DNA from: Octopus vulgaris
Taxonomy: Eukaryota
Direction of reading: 5' to 3'
DNA length: 64,000 nucleotides
NCBI GenBank assembly: GCA_951406725.2
Contig: OX597814.1
Coordinates: 66,216,001 to 66,280,000 of the forward strand
Below, in pieces: positions 12,030-23,398 of this stretch; the first letter of the stretch is position 1, and each line of letters begins with the position of its first letter. The notes beneath the pieces are model-generated. The model saw only the letters and a list, made by a program, of their open reading frames with translations, was not told the DNA's origin and ran no database searches. The position numbers and the translations under genes are program-made.

Positions 12030-13650
12030 TTGTTTTTCTTCCACCAGTGGACCCCGCGTGATTACTTCGGCATCATTATTCCATAAAATGTGTTTAATGG
12101 GAGGAAAAAATTTTAAAAAACATCAGTACATGAGAGAAGGAAAAGGGAAAATGGCCAAAATCGGTCCGGATAGTTACTATTGTAAGGCTTATAGTGTTAA
12201 GAGAAAAATAATATGGCAACACAGGAAGAGGTAGAAAAGTGCCTAGAGGAGATTGAAGACAAGAGGTAGAAGGTACGGCACAGTAGTGGTCATTTTCGCC
12301 TCCAAAAAAGGAGGCAAGCGAGTACTCCGCTGTGCCGTTACATTCGGACGAGTGGACCCTCCTGCCTACATACCTGGGCAAGCGCGTTGCCAGAGTTAGG
12401 GTAGGCAGGATTCCACCTGAAATGGAACCCAAGTGGGTGATTGCGGCGATCCTTGACTTTGGAAACGAAGAAGATGAGAGCACTAGCATCCTCCAGATAA
12501 CCCAGACCCAACAAATAAATTGACGGGGTTACGGGCTGCAGATGTTTTTCGAGTCAACCAAACAGAATATGCTGGAATACCGGAATCAGTAGAACCACCA
12601 AATGAGGTAAAATTGGAAGTAATATTGGATGGAAGGCTCCCTACCTGCTATTTTTGTGAGGAGAGGGGACACATAAAATAAAGGTGTCCCCAACAAGTGA
12701 AGGAGGTCCCCGAGATAGAAGCACATGTATGCGCAATGGAATTAGAGCAAGAGACCCGAGACGAAGAACAGGACACAAAGTTTACAGACGTAAGAACAAT
12801 AAAGAGAGAAAGGAGGAATACACCGCCCAAGGAGGAACTACAGCAAAAGAAACATAAGACACAGGAAGAAGCATACCCATTAAGACAAGCAACAACGAGC
12901 AGAAGCAACACGCCCATAGCTTCATCAAAAAAAAGAAGAAAAAACATCACAAGCAGAACGGAATCACCAAGCAAACACACAGACGTACAGACACACAAAC
13001 ACACAGACACACAAACATGCAGACACACAAACGCAGAAACGCACAGACACACAGACACACAAACACACAGACACACAAACACACAGACACAAAAACACAC
13101 AGACACACAAAATGCACAACAGGATGAGAACACATATAGAAACAGGATATACTTAGTAACATTTGCACAAATCAGAAAATCGAAAGAAAAATTACAAAAA
13201 GTGAAATTTATTACAAGTGTAAAATTAACAGAGGGTTATGATAAAGACATGATGCGTATTTTGATAAATGAAGAAAGATACAAAACACTAAAAGAAGCAT
13301 TTCCATCAGATGTGAATCCACTGAGAAATGAACCCCGCACCCCAGTAGTAGAATATGACGAGATAAAGAAAGACATCAAGTGGTAAGTAGAAGAATTATT
13401 GAGAATTAACTTTTAGGGAAAACAGAAAACTGAATGAACAATGAACGTTTTAAAAGAAAAAGAAAAGAAAGATTAGTGAAACATTTTTGAATTAATTGTA
13501 GAAATGTAACCATCCCGGAGTGGGGCCGGGGTGGCCTCTCATCTTCATTTGTACAAACCCATATCATTCATCTTCATATGTTATATATCTCCACATGTCC
13601 TGTATTGTCCCCTCTATGTTGGCCCCTTGTGGGCAATAAAGAAAGAAATT
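12030..13650 (+). mobile_element. ORF1-only non-autonomous non-LTR element, unit A (Tx1-like gag with CCHC knuckle)
   Basis: RGRRYGTVVVIF..LLPTYLGKRVARVRVGRIPPEMEPKWVIAAIL..GRLPTCYFCEERGHIK*RC; C-terminal ORF 12697-13386; no RT; 3' tail GCCCCTTGTGGGCAATAAAGAAA. Confidence 0.8.
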
Positions 13651-15255
13651 TCGTCGAACATTTGGCGAGCTAAAGTTTGATTGTTGTTTAAAATTACTGT
13701 TGCTTGAATTGTTGGTTGTTTTTTGTTGCATTGCAGCGGTTTTCTGGTTGTATTTTCTCTCTGTCTTTAAGGAGAGATAGCCATGGCAATGGCAAAAAGT
13801 AAGTTTTATTCGGACCTTAGTGGTTCTGAATTGTCCTCTTCGAAAGAGAAGCTGGTACTAGCAGTCGACGGGATGAAAAGCTTTGCAGAAGTGACAGAAG
13901 TCAAAAAAAAAAAAAAGAAGGTAGGCCTATCAAATATTGAAAACTATGAAAAATGGCATTTAGAGTAGGTGGTGACGTTAAGCTGTCACTACCCCAAAAG
14001 ATTATGGGGAAAATAGACAAGAAGACCGTAATATACAAGGTGTATTCAGTGAAGGAAAAGAAAATAGAACATGTAGAAGCTTGTGCTTAGTCTGGTAAGA
14101 CATAACATATCTGGCCAGAGGAAATAAATTCGGAATTATTATAGTCCCTTTCAAGACGGAAGACAAAGCAAAGGAACACGCCATAAACACTGTAAAATCA
14201 GATAAAGTAGTCCTTCTACCCACTTATTCGGGAAGGACTTCCAGGATTAGGATGGAAGGAATCCCACCGGAAATAGATGTGGCGTGGGTTGTGGCGGCTG
14301 TTCTTCTGGGAAGTAAGGAAGAAATAGCCGTCCTCCAAGTCACAAAAACAGAAAATTCGATTTTGAAAGGCCAAACAATGGATTTGATTATACAGGCTAC
14401 AGTGGAAACACTGGAAAATTTGGTGGAAACGGTATCAATCGGAAATGTAGTGTTGAGAGTGTGGGTGGAAGGCAGAACCCTCTCTTGGTTTTAAATGTTG
14501 CCAAAAAGGTCACATTAGAGCACACTGCCCTCTACGGAAGCAGAGAAATTGAGAAGAAATTGAAAAGGAGCCGGAGAAGGAACGAAAAATGAAGAACAGT
14601 GGACAGTAGCCGAATGGAGAAAAGGATGAGGAAGAAAAGACAGTGAAGTAGAACCCCAGACCATATCCACCCTACCCATACCCTCTCAGATCCCACCCTC
14701 CCCCTACAAACGCCAAACCCACCCATTACTCTCCTACACAAAGGAAAAAGGGAAAACAGACGCACCAGGATATACAAAACTCCCCTTCCATTGATAATTG
14801 TTATGTATGTATGATGACGGAAGAGGTAAATAAGGAACTACTTAACAATGGAAAACGGCTAAATTTATTTATGTTGAAGGTCGGACAAATATAGTTGGAT
14901 GGCACGCGTGTACGTTGGTCACAGAAAGCCAAAAGGAAGAAATATCGAAATTCAAGCAAGGATATAAATGCTGGAGGGTGATTGCGGACTTAAAAACGAT
15001 ACCAGAAAATGTGAGATACGGAGAGCTAACAGAGAAATATGGTGTAGATATTTTGAAAGACTCGCAATTCAAATGATAAAAGGAAGTGATGCTGCTTGAA
15101 GTAGGGCAAGTAGCACATTTTCATTGTGTCATTCATGCTATCATACGTTTAATTTTATTTTTCATTTTATTTATTTTTTTATGTTATGTGTCCCCATATG
15201 TGTTTGTATTGTCCCCTCCATGTTGACCCCTTGTGGGTAATAAAGAAAGGAATTT
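13651..15255 (+). mobile_element. ORF1-only non-autonomous non-LTR element, unit B
   Basis: ATG 13783; LARGNKFGIIIVPFKTEDKAKEHA..VLLPTY..EGIPPEIDVAWVVAAVL..VEGR..CCQKGHIRAHCP; no RT; tail ACCCCTTGTGGGTAATAAAGAAA. Confidence 0.82.
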
Positions 15256-16733
15256 CTTCGAACATTCGTTTGGTTTGTACTGTTTGGTTGTGTTATTGCT
15301 GAAGGTGAGGAAATTGTTGCTGTTGTTAAACTTGTTGATATTTGTTTGAAAAAAAGAACCGTTTATTACTTTTTTAAGCAATTTGTTAATTACCTCGCGG
15401 GAAGAAGAATTGTTGTTGTTCAAAAACTTTTTTGCTATGCGAATTTTCTGCGTTGCCATTTTTGAAATAGAACCAGAAATATTGTCTTCGGAGATTGAAT
15501 CTCCAAACCAGGACTAACCAAGGAAGTGCCAAACGGAAGAATCACTGAAGCATAGTACAAGTAAAACAACACCTAGAAAGGAGGAGAAAACAAAGTTGAT
15601 CGTGAGGAGGAACGTGGAGGTGTCCAGTCTTGCAACTGGAGAAGCACAAAGTGGTACGAAGGAGATGAGCTTCGCAGCAGCTGCCGGGCGTGAGACTAGG
15701 AAGATTAATAGTGAAAATTTAAGAGAGCACAGAGAGTTATTGTCAAGGGAGTGGACCGAAATTAAAGTGCCCCTCAACACACACACAAAACATTACAACA
15801 GACGTTCTGGAAAAGATGATCATTTTCAAAACATAAAATGTGGAGAAAAAAGGAAAAAGAATATGTGGATGAAAAAAAATATTGAAAAATGTTTGAAAAA
15901 GCCCAAATGTGATAAAATATGTGACAAGGGGAAAAAGAAATGCTACCACAGAAGTAAGAATAGAGTCGGCAAAACATCACTCTCTCGAACCATTAAGAAC
16001 GGAGGAGGTGGTACTCCTGCCCATATATATGGTGAGGAGGGAGAACTTCGTGGATCAAGATTAGCAACGTCCCGCCGGAGGTAAACGCCGAATGGCTAGT
16101 GGCAGCAGTTATGCTGGATTTAGAAGATGAGATATCGCTGTTATCTGCAGAAGTAATGGAAGAAAGAAACTGGACGGGTCAGACAGTAAAAATATTGATC
16201 GAAGTGGAGCCACTGACTCTGGAAAAATATTCCAGAGGTCATTGAGGTGGTGGAAACTAAATTAGTCACGTTGGTTTCGTCAAAGTAATAGCAATTGCGA
16301 AAGAAGCGATATGGAAGTCGAGAATGAAAGGATTATCACCAGACAACTTCATCTCTGCTCTCGGGTTGGTGAGGTTCTTCACCTTTCACCTGAAAAGGTA
16401 AGTGGAGCTGGAGAGAAGATGCTTGTCAGATGGCATGTTCAAAGACAGATGGATACGTGTAGCACGAATGTTGCGCGTGAAAGACTCCTCATGAACATGT
16501 CATAAGTCTTAATGAAAGGTGCCGGCAGTAGAGCAGGGCTCGTTGGGTCGGAGCTTAACCTTTTTTTACTACCTTATTGTGTGTTTGTAATTTTGTCTTT
16601 TATGTCGTACTTCACTCGATTTCATTATAACCGCATTTAAATTTTTAATATAATTCATCTGTGTATCTGACCCCGATCAGGCTGTGCTGTTCCCTCTATG
16701 ATAGCCCCTTGTGGGCAATAAAGAAACAAATTT
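15256..16733 (+). mobile_element. ORF1-only non-autonomous non-LTR element, unit C (knuckle region missing)
   Basis: MSFAAAA..VVLLPIYM..NVPPEVNAEWLVAAVML; tail GCCCCTTGTGGGCAATAAAGAAA. Confidence 0.75.
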
Positions 16734-16853
16734 GTTAGAACATGAATTTTAAAAATATATTTCCAGACTGTCAACCCTTTAATCATTGCCTTCTTTTAGT
16801 ACTTTTAGTAATTGTTATATACCTAATTAACAAGTAGCTTTCTCCATTATAGT

Positions 16854-17044
16854 ATTACATGGAAAAATGCGAGCAGAAGAAATAATATTCTTAAGATTAT
16901 AAACTTGGAAAATTTCTTATTCTGTACTTTACCAGATGTAATAATTTGTCCTGAACATTTCTCAGTGTAATAACTTGTCCTGTAATTTTCCAGGTTTATA
17001 ATCTTAAGAATATTATTTCTATTGCTCACATTTTTCCATGTAAT
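16854..17044. repeat. ~60-bp inverted repeat (MITE-like fold-back)
   Basis: ATTACATGGAAAAATG..GGAAAATT (16854-16914) vs AATTTTCC..CATTTTTCCATGTAAT (16984-17044). Confidence 0.85.
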
Positions 17045-17063
17045 CCATATTTTTCCAGACTAT

Positions 17064-17138
17064 GCTAATTGATACATTTAGTACATTATTAATTAGCATA
17101 TTATGTTAATTAATAATGTACCAAATGTATCAATTAGC
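17064..17138. repeat. 75-bp AT-rich palindrome
   Basis: 37-bp arms, 1-nt spacer, 2 mismatches. Confidence 0.9.
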
Positions 17139-17888
17139 GGTGTCGTTGATAATTTTTCCTTACCTCAATGATGCTGGTGACATATATTAAAGTCCCCTTA
17201 CGGAACTATATTCATAAAAAAAGTATAAAACCATAATTATCACCCTCAAATTTGAGAAACAAACACTCATGACTTTTCTTTTAAATCTTCATTGCATGAG
17301 ATTGATACCATGAAATTCCTCAAATTGAGCTCTATCATTTAAGCTTAATTAAAATATACTCTGTTTTTAAAATAAAAAAATTATTTAATCCAATTTTTTG
17401 CGTTACTTATATTTGTTTCATGATATTTTACCTCACAACTGTTTTGATACAATTTTTTATTGCATGGGATCAAAATCATGAAATTCTTCATGCTTTTTAT
17501 AATCATCGAAGCTAAGATAAGTATATTTTGCTTTTAAAATAAATAAAAAAGTTATTTAGATCTAAAATTGACTGGTACCGTTACTTACTCTCCTATAACG
17601 ATGCTACAAATTTTAATGTAAACTATTTGGGATCAAATCCCAAATTTTTTATGCCGAAATATAGTTAGGGGCGGTCCTCTTCAAAAATGCGTATATGTAT
17701 TCTTTTATTTTTTATTTTTTGTTTCAGTCATATGACTGCGGCCATGCTGGAGCACTGCCTTGAAGGGTTTTAGTCGAATAAATCGACCCCATGACTTATT
17801 CTTTGTACGTCTAGTACTTATTCTATTAGTCTCTTTTTCCGAACCGCTAAGTTACGAGGACGTAAACACACCAACATCGGTTGTCAAG

Positions 17889-18122
17889 AAAGGCGGCGAG
17901 CTGGCAGAAACGTTAGCACGCCTGGCGAAATGCTTAGCAGTATTTCGTCAGACGTTACGTTGTGAGTTCAAATTCCGCCGAGGTCGACTTTGCCTTTCAT
18001 CCTTTCAGGGTCGATAAATTAAGTACTAGTTACGCACTGGGGTCGATGTAATTGACTTAATACCTCTGTCTGTCCTTGTCTGTCCCCTCTGTATTTAGCC
18101 CCTTGTGGGTAATAAAGAAATA
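17889..18122 (+). mobile_element. SINE with Tx1-type 3' tail, 10-bp TSD
   Basis: Head GGCGGCGAGCTGGCAGAAACGTTAG..GAGTTCAAATTCC (B-box-like); TSD GGTTGTCAAG at 17879-17888 and 18123-18132. Confidence 0.92.
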
Positions 18123-18189
18123 GGTTGTCAAGCGATGGTGATGGTGACAAATACAAAGACACACACATATATGTCTGTATATATATATA

Positions 18190-19030
18190 TATATGTGTAT
18201 ATATATATATGTATATATATATAGGTTAATAAAATAGAACATATGCATATATATAAACATATATGTACGTACCTACCTCTACATGTACATATACACGCAT
18301 ATATGTGTACAGGACACCAAAAAGACGTCGAACACATAGAGAGACGAAAAACATAGACACAAACCAAGGAACAAGACAAGCAAAAAAAGAGAGATACAGG
18401 ACAATAAGCACAACGAAAAATCCCCTTCTTCAGTCGCTAAGGTTTCATCTACTAAACGTTTCGAAGGATAAAAGCGAGACGTATACTTCGAAGAAAACTT
18501 CCTTCCTGCGAAAAGCAAATCAATTAAAATTCTGAGATCTTTTCGCAGAGGGGTAAAAAAAGCAAGACGGTAACGACAGTACAAACATATAAACAGTAAA
18601 AAATATATATATAAACAGTGGAAAAATAAATATATAACAGTGAGAGACAGGACAAGGAGAACAAGATAAGAAGGGCTGTTAACGCCAGACGAAAAAAGTA
18701 TTGCAAACGCTGGATTATAGTGGACGACGAGAGAGAAAGAATATCGACCAGTAGCCTTAGAAGGCGGGCGAGAAAAGACAGGATAGCAGTTACGACGGAA
18801 GTATCGTCGCAGATGGACGACGGGAATGGGGGAGGAGGAGCAAGAGGAAGAGAGAGAAGAAGGGGAATGGTGCGAGGAGACCATGAAGAACAGTGAGGGG
18901 GAGAGAGAGAGGAAGAGACAAGTTAAGTGAGGGAAAAAAAGACGAAAAAGGGAATGGGAGAGAAAGAAAGAAAGATGCAGAGTCGCGTGAGAGTTAATAT
19001 CAAGGCTAACTTGATAAACAGAACAATCTT
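18190..19030 (-). mobile_element. Probable PLE-derived fragment with pLTR-like repeat; related copy at 31935-32300 in opposite orientation
   Basis: 18225-18555 is homologous to the reverse complement of 31935-32290; faint IIQRLQ..SGVN resembling a GIY-YIG C-terminus. Confidence 0.45.
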
Positions 19031-20016
19031 ACTGCGGGATTCGTTCAGTTTCCGTCTAACAAATTCACCCACAAGGCTTTGGTCGGCCCGAGTCTATAGT
19101 AGAAGACACTTGCCCAAGATGCCACGCAGTGGGACTGAATCCGAAAGCTTTTGGTTTAGAAGCAAGCTTCTTACCACACAGCCATATATATGTTAATGCA
19201 ATAGAAACAATTTTTGGCTTTATTAGATGAAATCTATGATAGAGATATATAATTTTCTCTATACGTATTTTTTGTGATTATATGTGTCTGTATGTTTGTG
19301 TGTATGTATGTGTGTGTGTGTGTGTGGTCTGTGTGTGTGAATGTGTATAAAAATACATTAGTATATTTACATATATACAAGTCATATATACAAGTACATA
19401 CACACACACACACTTTCTCTCTCTCTCTCCCTTTCTCTCTTTCTCTCTCTCTCTCTCCGCTCACACATATACACACACACACATATTCTAACTCGTTTTG
19501 ATGTATGCGTACGTGTGAGCACATGTTGAACACACTGTGGTAATAAGCCATAGATCAAATGGGTCGGAATGTGTAGTATTCAGCGTATATACAGGTATAT
19601 GAATATGTATGTGTACTAGCAATCATGCTTTCATAAACATATGCCTACATCTATGAATGCATACTCACAACACGTTTGGATGGGGAACGATGGGTACACT
19701 GAAACGAAATAAATATAGCGGCAAAAGTACCTGAAACCTGATCTTGATCAACCGAGAAATACACGTGACCAGATTTTCACAGGATTAGCGACGCCACAAT
19801 TGCACATTTATAGTTTTTGTACTGAAACACATATCATAATATATTCCGTTTGACTCGTGTAAAAACACCAACCAATCAACAATTTGGTCAACAAACTTAC
19901 TAGCCGACCAATTACATAGAATTCAGTCCACATATTCACTATAACATTACATTACCAATACTCTCTTATCCAGCTAGTCTGCTCCATCCCATCTAAACAA
20001 TCAATGCATACATATT

Positions 20017-20081
<65 letters not shown>

Positions 20082-20083
<2 letters not shown>

Positions 20084-20376
20084 GTAAATATTTAGGATGG
20101 CGAATATTTTTAGAAATTTCACCACCAGAGGCCTAGCATGTATAAAAAGTCAATAAACAACATATTCTCAATATAAAATAGTGTACATTTAAACACAAAA
20201 GAAAATTTTACCTTGTTATTTTTTTTAAAGTTTTTATTTTTCATTCCCTTCGAAAATTGCTCTTAAATGTGGTTTTGGTCGTTTTGACTGCTTCTTCTAG
20301 CGTATAAAATTACCTGTTAAAGGTAGTTTTCTCCTGTGTTTAAGTGTACACTATTTTATATTGAGAATATGTTGTC

Positions 20377-20380
<4 letters not shown>
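20082..20380. mobile_element. Mini-element in (TA)n with ~50-bp inverted repeat
   Basis: ACAACATATTCTCAATATAAAATAGTGTACA.. (20157-20205) inverted at 20327-20375. Confidence 0.65.
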
Positions 20381-20444
<64 letters not shown>

Positions 20445-20458
20445 TATAAACATACATA

Positions 20459-20724
20459 GGCACAGGCGTGGCTGTGTGGGAGGAAGCTTGCTTTCCAGTC
20501 ACAAGCTCTCCGGGTTATAAACAAATGAATAAAATAAATAAAAGTAAATTAAACGAACGTGTATAAACAGGGGATACTGATAATGCAGGCACATCCCCAC
20601 ACACACACACACACTTACTAAACATAGAATTACACAGGGATATACGCATGCACAAATAAAGACACATATGGCGGTGCCCCAGCATGGCCACAGCTCGTGA
20701 GCTGAAACTAGAATCAATCAATCA
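20459..20724 (+). mobile_element. SINE head fragment plus CR1-type 3' tail
   Basis: GGCACAGGCGTGGCTGTGTGG.. head; GGCGGTGCCCCAGCATGGCCACAGC..GCTGAAACTAG(AATC)n tail. Confidence 0.65.
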
Positions 20725-20990
20725 TATAACAGGAATACAACACGGCAGACCATTAGTAAGGAGAGACGCACAAAAAAAGACACAGGGAAGCAAAGGAACA
20801 TTGATGAGGTCACAGAAGTGTGACGAAAGAACTTTGGCCGAAATACGATTAATATAAGATAAAGCTGAAGCAAGTGGACACCAAATATATAGTGCATGTG
20901 TTTTAATTTGCTAAACTGGCAACATGACCATCTACAAACACAACAATATCTGATTTAACACACGCATTCACATCAAGAATCTTACAAAAA

Positions 20991-21047
<57 letters not shown>

Positions 21048-21050
<3 letters not shown>

Positions 21051-21303
21051 GTAAATTAATATTTGACAATTATTCGGTAGCCAAGATAAAACTCTGAGTT
21101 TCGGATGCCGAGACGGAAATCCACAACACCATCTCTTTGGTTGTCTGGCCCAAAGAAAGAGACCACAATATTATGTAAATAGAGGAAATTTATCTGTAAA
21201 ATAATATGTGACAATAATTGTCACATATTATTTTACAGATAAATTTCCTCTATTTACATAATATTGAGGTCTCTTTCTTTTGTTATCTTACCGTTATTAC
21301 CAA

Positions 21304-21305
<2 letters not shown>
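21048..21305. mobile_element. Mini-element in (TA)n with 129-bp palindrome and decayed HHR
   Basis: 64-bp arms 21152-21215 / 21217-21280 (1 mismatch); HHR-like fold at 21085-21145 (-) with mutated core CCAAAGA. Confidence 0.7.
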
Positions 21306-21337
<32 letters not shown>

Positions 21338-21533
21338 AATGTACATGTATATATAAATGTATATGCATATGTATATATATATATGTATGTATGTATGTAT
21401 ATCTATATATATACATGTATATAAAGATATACGTATATATAGAGAGAGAGTTTACGAAAAAAACGAAAGACGAAGACAGGTGGTGTACAAAACAAACAGA
21501 TGTATTAGTATAATGCTCAGGAATAGAAAAAGT

Positions 21534-21569
21534 CTTTTACGTTTCGAGCCCACGCTCTTCTACAGAAAG
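21534..21569 (-). ncRNA. Minimal type I HHR motif, variant core (CUGUAGA)
   Basis: CTTT-CTGTAGA-A-GAGC GTGG GCTC-GAAA-CG-TA-AAAG; palindromic ACGT stem III. Confidence 0.6.
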
Positions 21570-21649
21570 GGACACAGAAAAAACAAGGAGAGAAAAAAGT
21601 GTGTGTAGTGGCTAACGATCGATCATGGCGTCTCATGATAGTTATATAC

Positions 21650-21730
<81 letters not shown>

Positions 21731-21782
21731 TGTATGCATGTATGTATGTATGTATGTATGTATGTATGTATGTATGTATGTA

Positions 21783-21856
21783 TATTCTGTTGTGTCTGGG
21801 GAGAGTCATTCTCTTTTGGTGCCTTATAATTCAACTCACCAGTAAAATTTCCACTT
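21783..21856 (+). mobile_element. Fragment homologous to the 5' region of the PLE at ~27368-27445
   Basis: GTGTCTGGGGAGAGTCATTCTCTTTTGGTGCCTTATAATT matches the reverse complement of 27405-27445. Confidence 0.75.
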
Positions 21857-22562
21857 ATTTCTTTTTATTTTTTAAAATGTTCGTTGCGTCTTGCCACCTT
21901 TTCAATAGTCGTTGACTCTGTCTCTTACTCACACTGCGTTCCTTTCTGTTTGTTTGCGCGCATGAATGTGGATTAGTGTGTTTGTGTGTGCCTATACATG
22001 CATGCATGTATGGATGTGTGTGTATGCATGTATGCGTGTGCATATGTATCTATCTATGTACATTTGTATGTATCTTGCATATTAATGTGTTTGCATGTCA
22101 ATGCTTGTGTGTTTTACGTATGTGCTTGTGTGTGTGTGTGTTTGTATATGTGTGTGTACCTCTATCTTCTTATGCATGCTGAGTGTGTGTGTGTGTTTAT
22201 GTGTGTGTGTGTGTGTTTTGCAACTATGTACCATGTTTGTATGTATGGATGTGCACCTCCACATGTGTGGACGTGTGTCTCCATATGTATCTTTGTGTGA
22301 AGTGAAGTGCCTGTGTATATATGGTCATGTGTTTCTATCTTCATTTGCGTATGTGTTCTCGTTTGTTCATATAACTTATGTAACTATCCGTCTGTATGTT
22401 GATCTGTTTACTTTCATATTCATATGCTTACATACATGTGCATACACATATATATTCATACACCCATACACACACACATGCATACATCTATCTATCTATC
22501 TATATATATATATATATATATATAGTTCATTGATTAAACCTCGCTAAGTTAAATATTTAAAT

Positions 22563-22625
22563 CACCTGAAGAATGACTGTAACTCGAAATTCTAAGAATT
22601 GGACAGCCATGAAAGGATCGTAGTG
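22563..22625 (+). ncRNA. Type I HHR motif with extended stem II, in pLTR-like segment 22524-22742
   Basis: CAC-CTGAAGA-ATG-A-CTGT..AATTCT A AGAATT..ACAG-C-CAT-GAAA-GGATCG-TA-GTG; stem III one change from the palindrome ACGATCGT. Confidence 0.65.
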
Positions 22626-22735
22626 TTATACTAATTATCTTTTTTTAATAATTTTGATATATAAATTAATTAATCTTATGTATTGGCTTAAGTTTTTCAT
22701 TGTATGATTTGCCTAATAGTGGTTTTATCTCTAAT

Positions 22736-22778
<43 letters not shown>

Positions 22779-23398
22779 CGCCCACACACATACATACATC
22801 TATCTACATAACAGCCCACTATCTATTCTACTCTACCTGTGTAAACTGTAGGTAAGAAGGTATGATCTCTACTATATATATTTCCTATTTAGCATAAGGG
22901 AAATTTCATTTATGAGGACGTACTCCCGTATTTGTCTGAGTGTTGGGTCGTTTGGGTGCATAGATAAGATGCGGATGTCAAGTTGACCCAGGTTACCTCC
23001 ATGTTAGTCTTTTGCATGTTGGTAGAGTATGGAGGACTGTTTTTGTCGTCATATTGTCTCAAATGTTCATTTGGTCGTTCCGCAATGCTCCTAGATGTCT
23101 CCCCTATGTATATCATGTTCATGTCTTTACAAGCACCTTCTATACATCTTATGCTGTCAACTACATTTCTAGTTCTATAGTTAATGCCAGGGTTAATCCT
23201 ACATGTCATGCAGCATCATATGGTATTCTCAAAGGGGTACGACCTACATAGTTGTGATGTGAGGGAGTTTCCTGGCTTTCCAACAATCTTAATGTTGAGT
23301 TTGGGCTCCTTCAGAGCTTTCCTAAATCTACGGGGAAGTTCTCCATGGGCTGTAGCCTCTACAAACATCACTCCTTGATATTTGTCGGTTTTATACCA

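Larger units (their letters stand above)
17700..19185 (-). mobile_element. tRNA-derived SINE split by two nested insertions
   Basis: Tail 17700-17888, middle 18123-18185, head ~19040-19185; colinear with the intact copy at 53470-53910. Confidence 0.85.

Noticed and set aside
18418-18470. Possible type II hammerhead on minus strand (GAAACG..CTGAAGA)
   Set aside because: Stem I cannot be formed, and the related copy near 32020-32070 lacks both core boxes.
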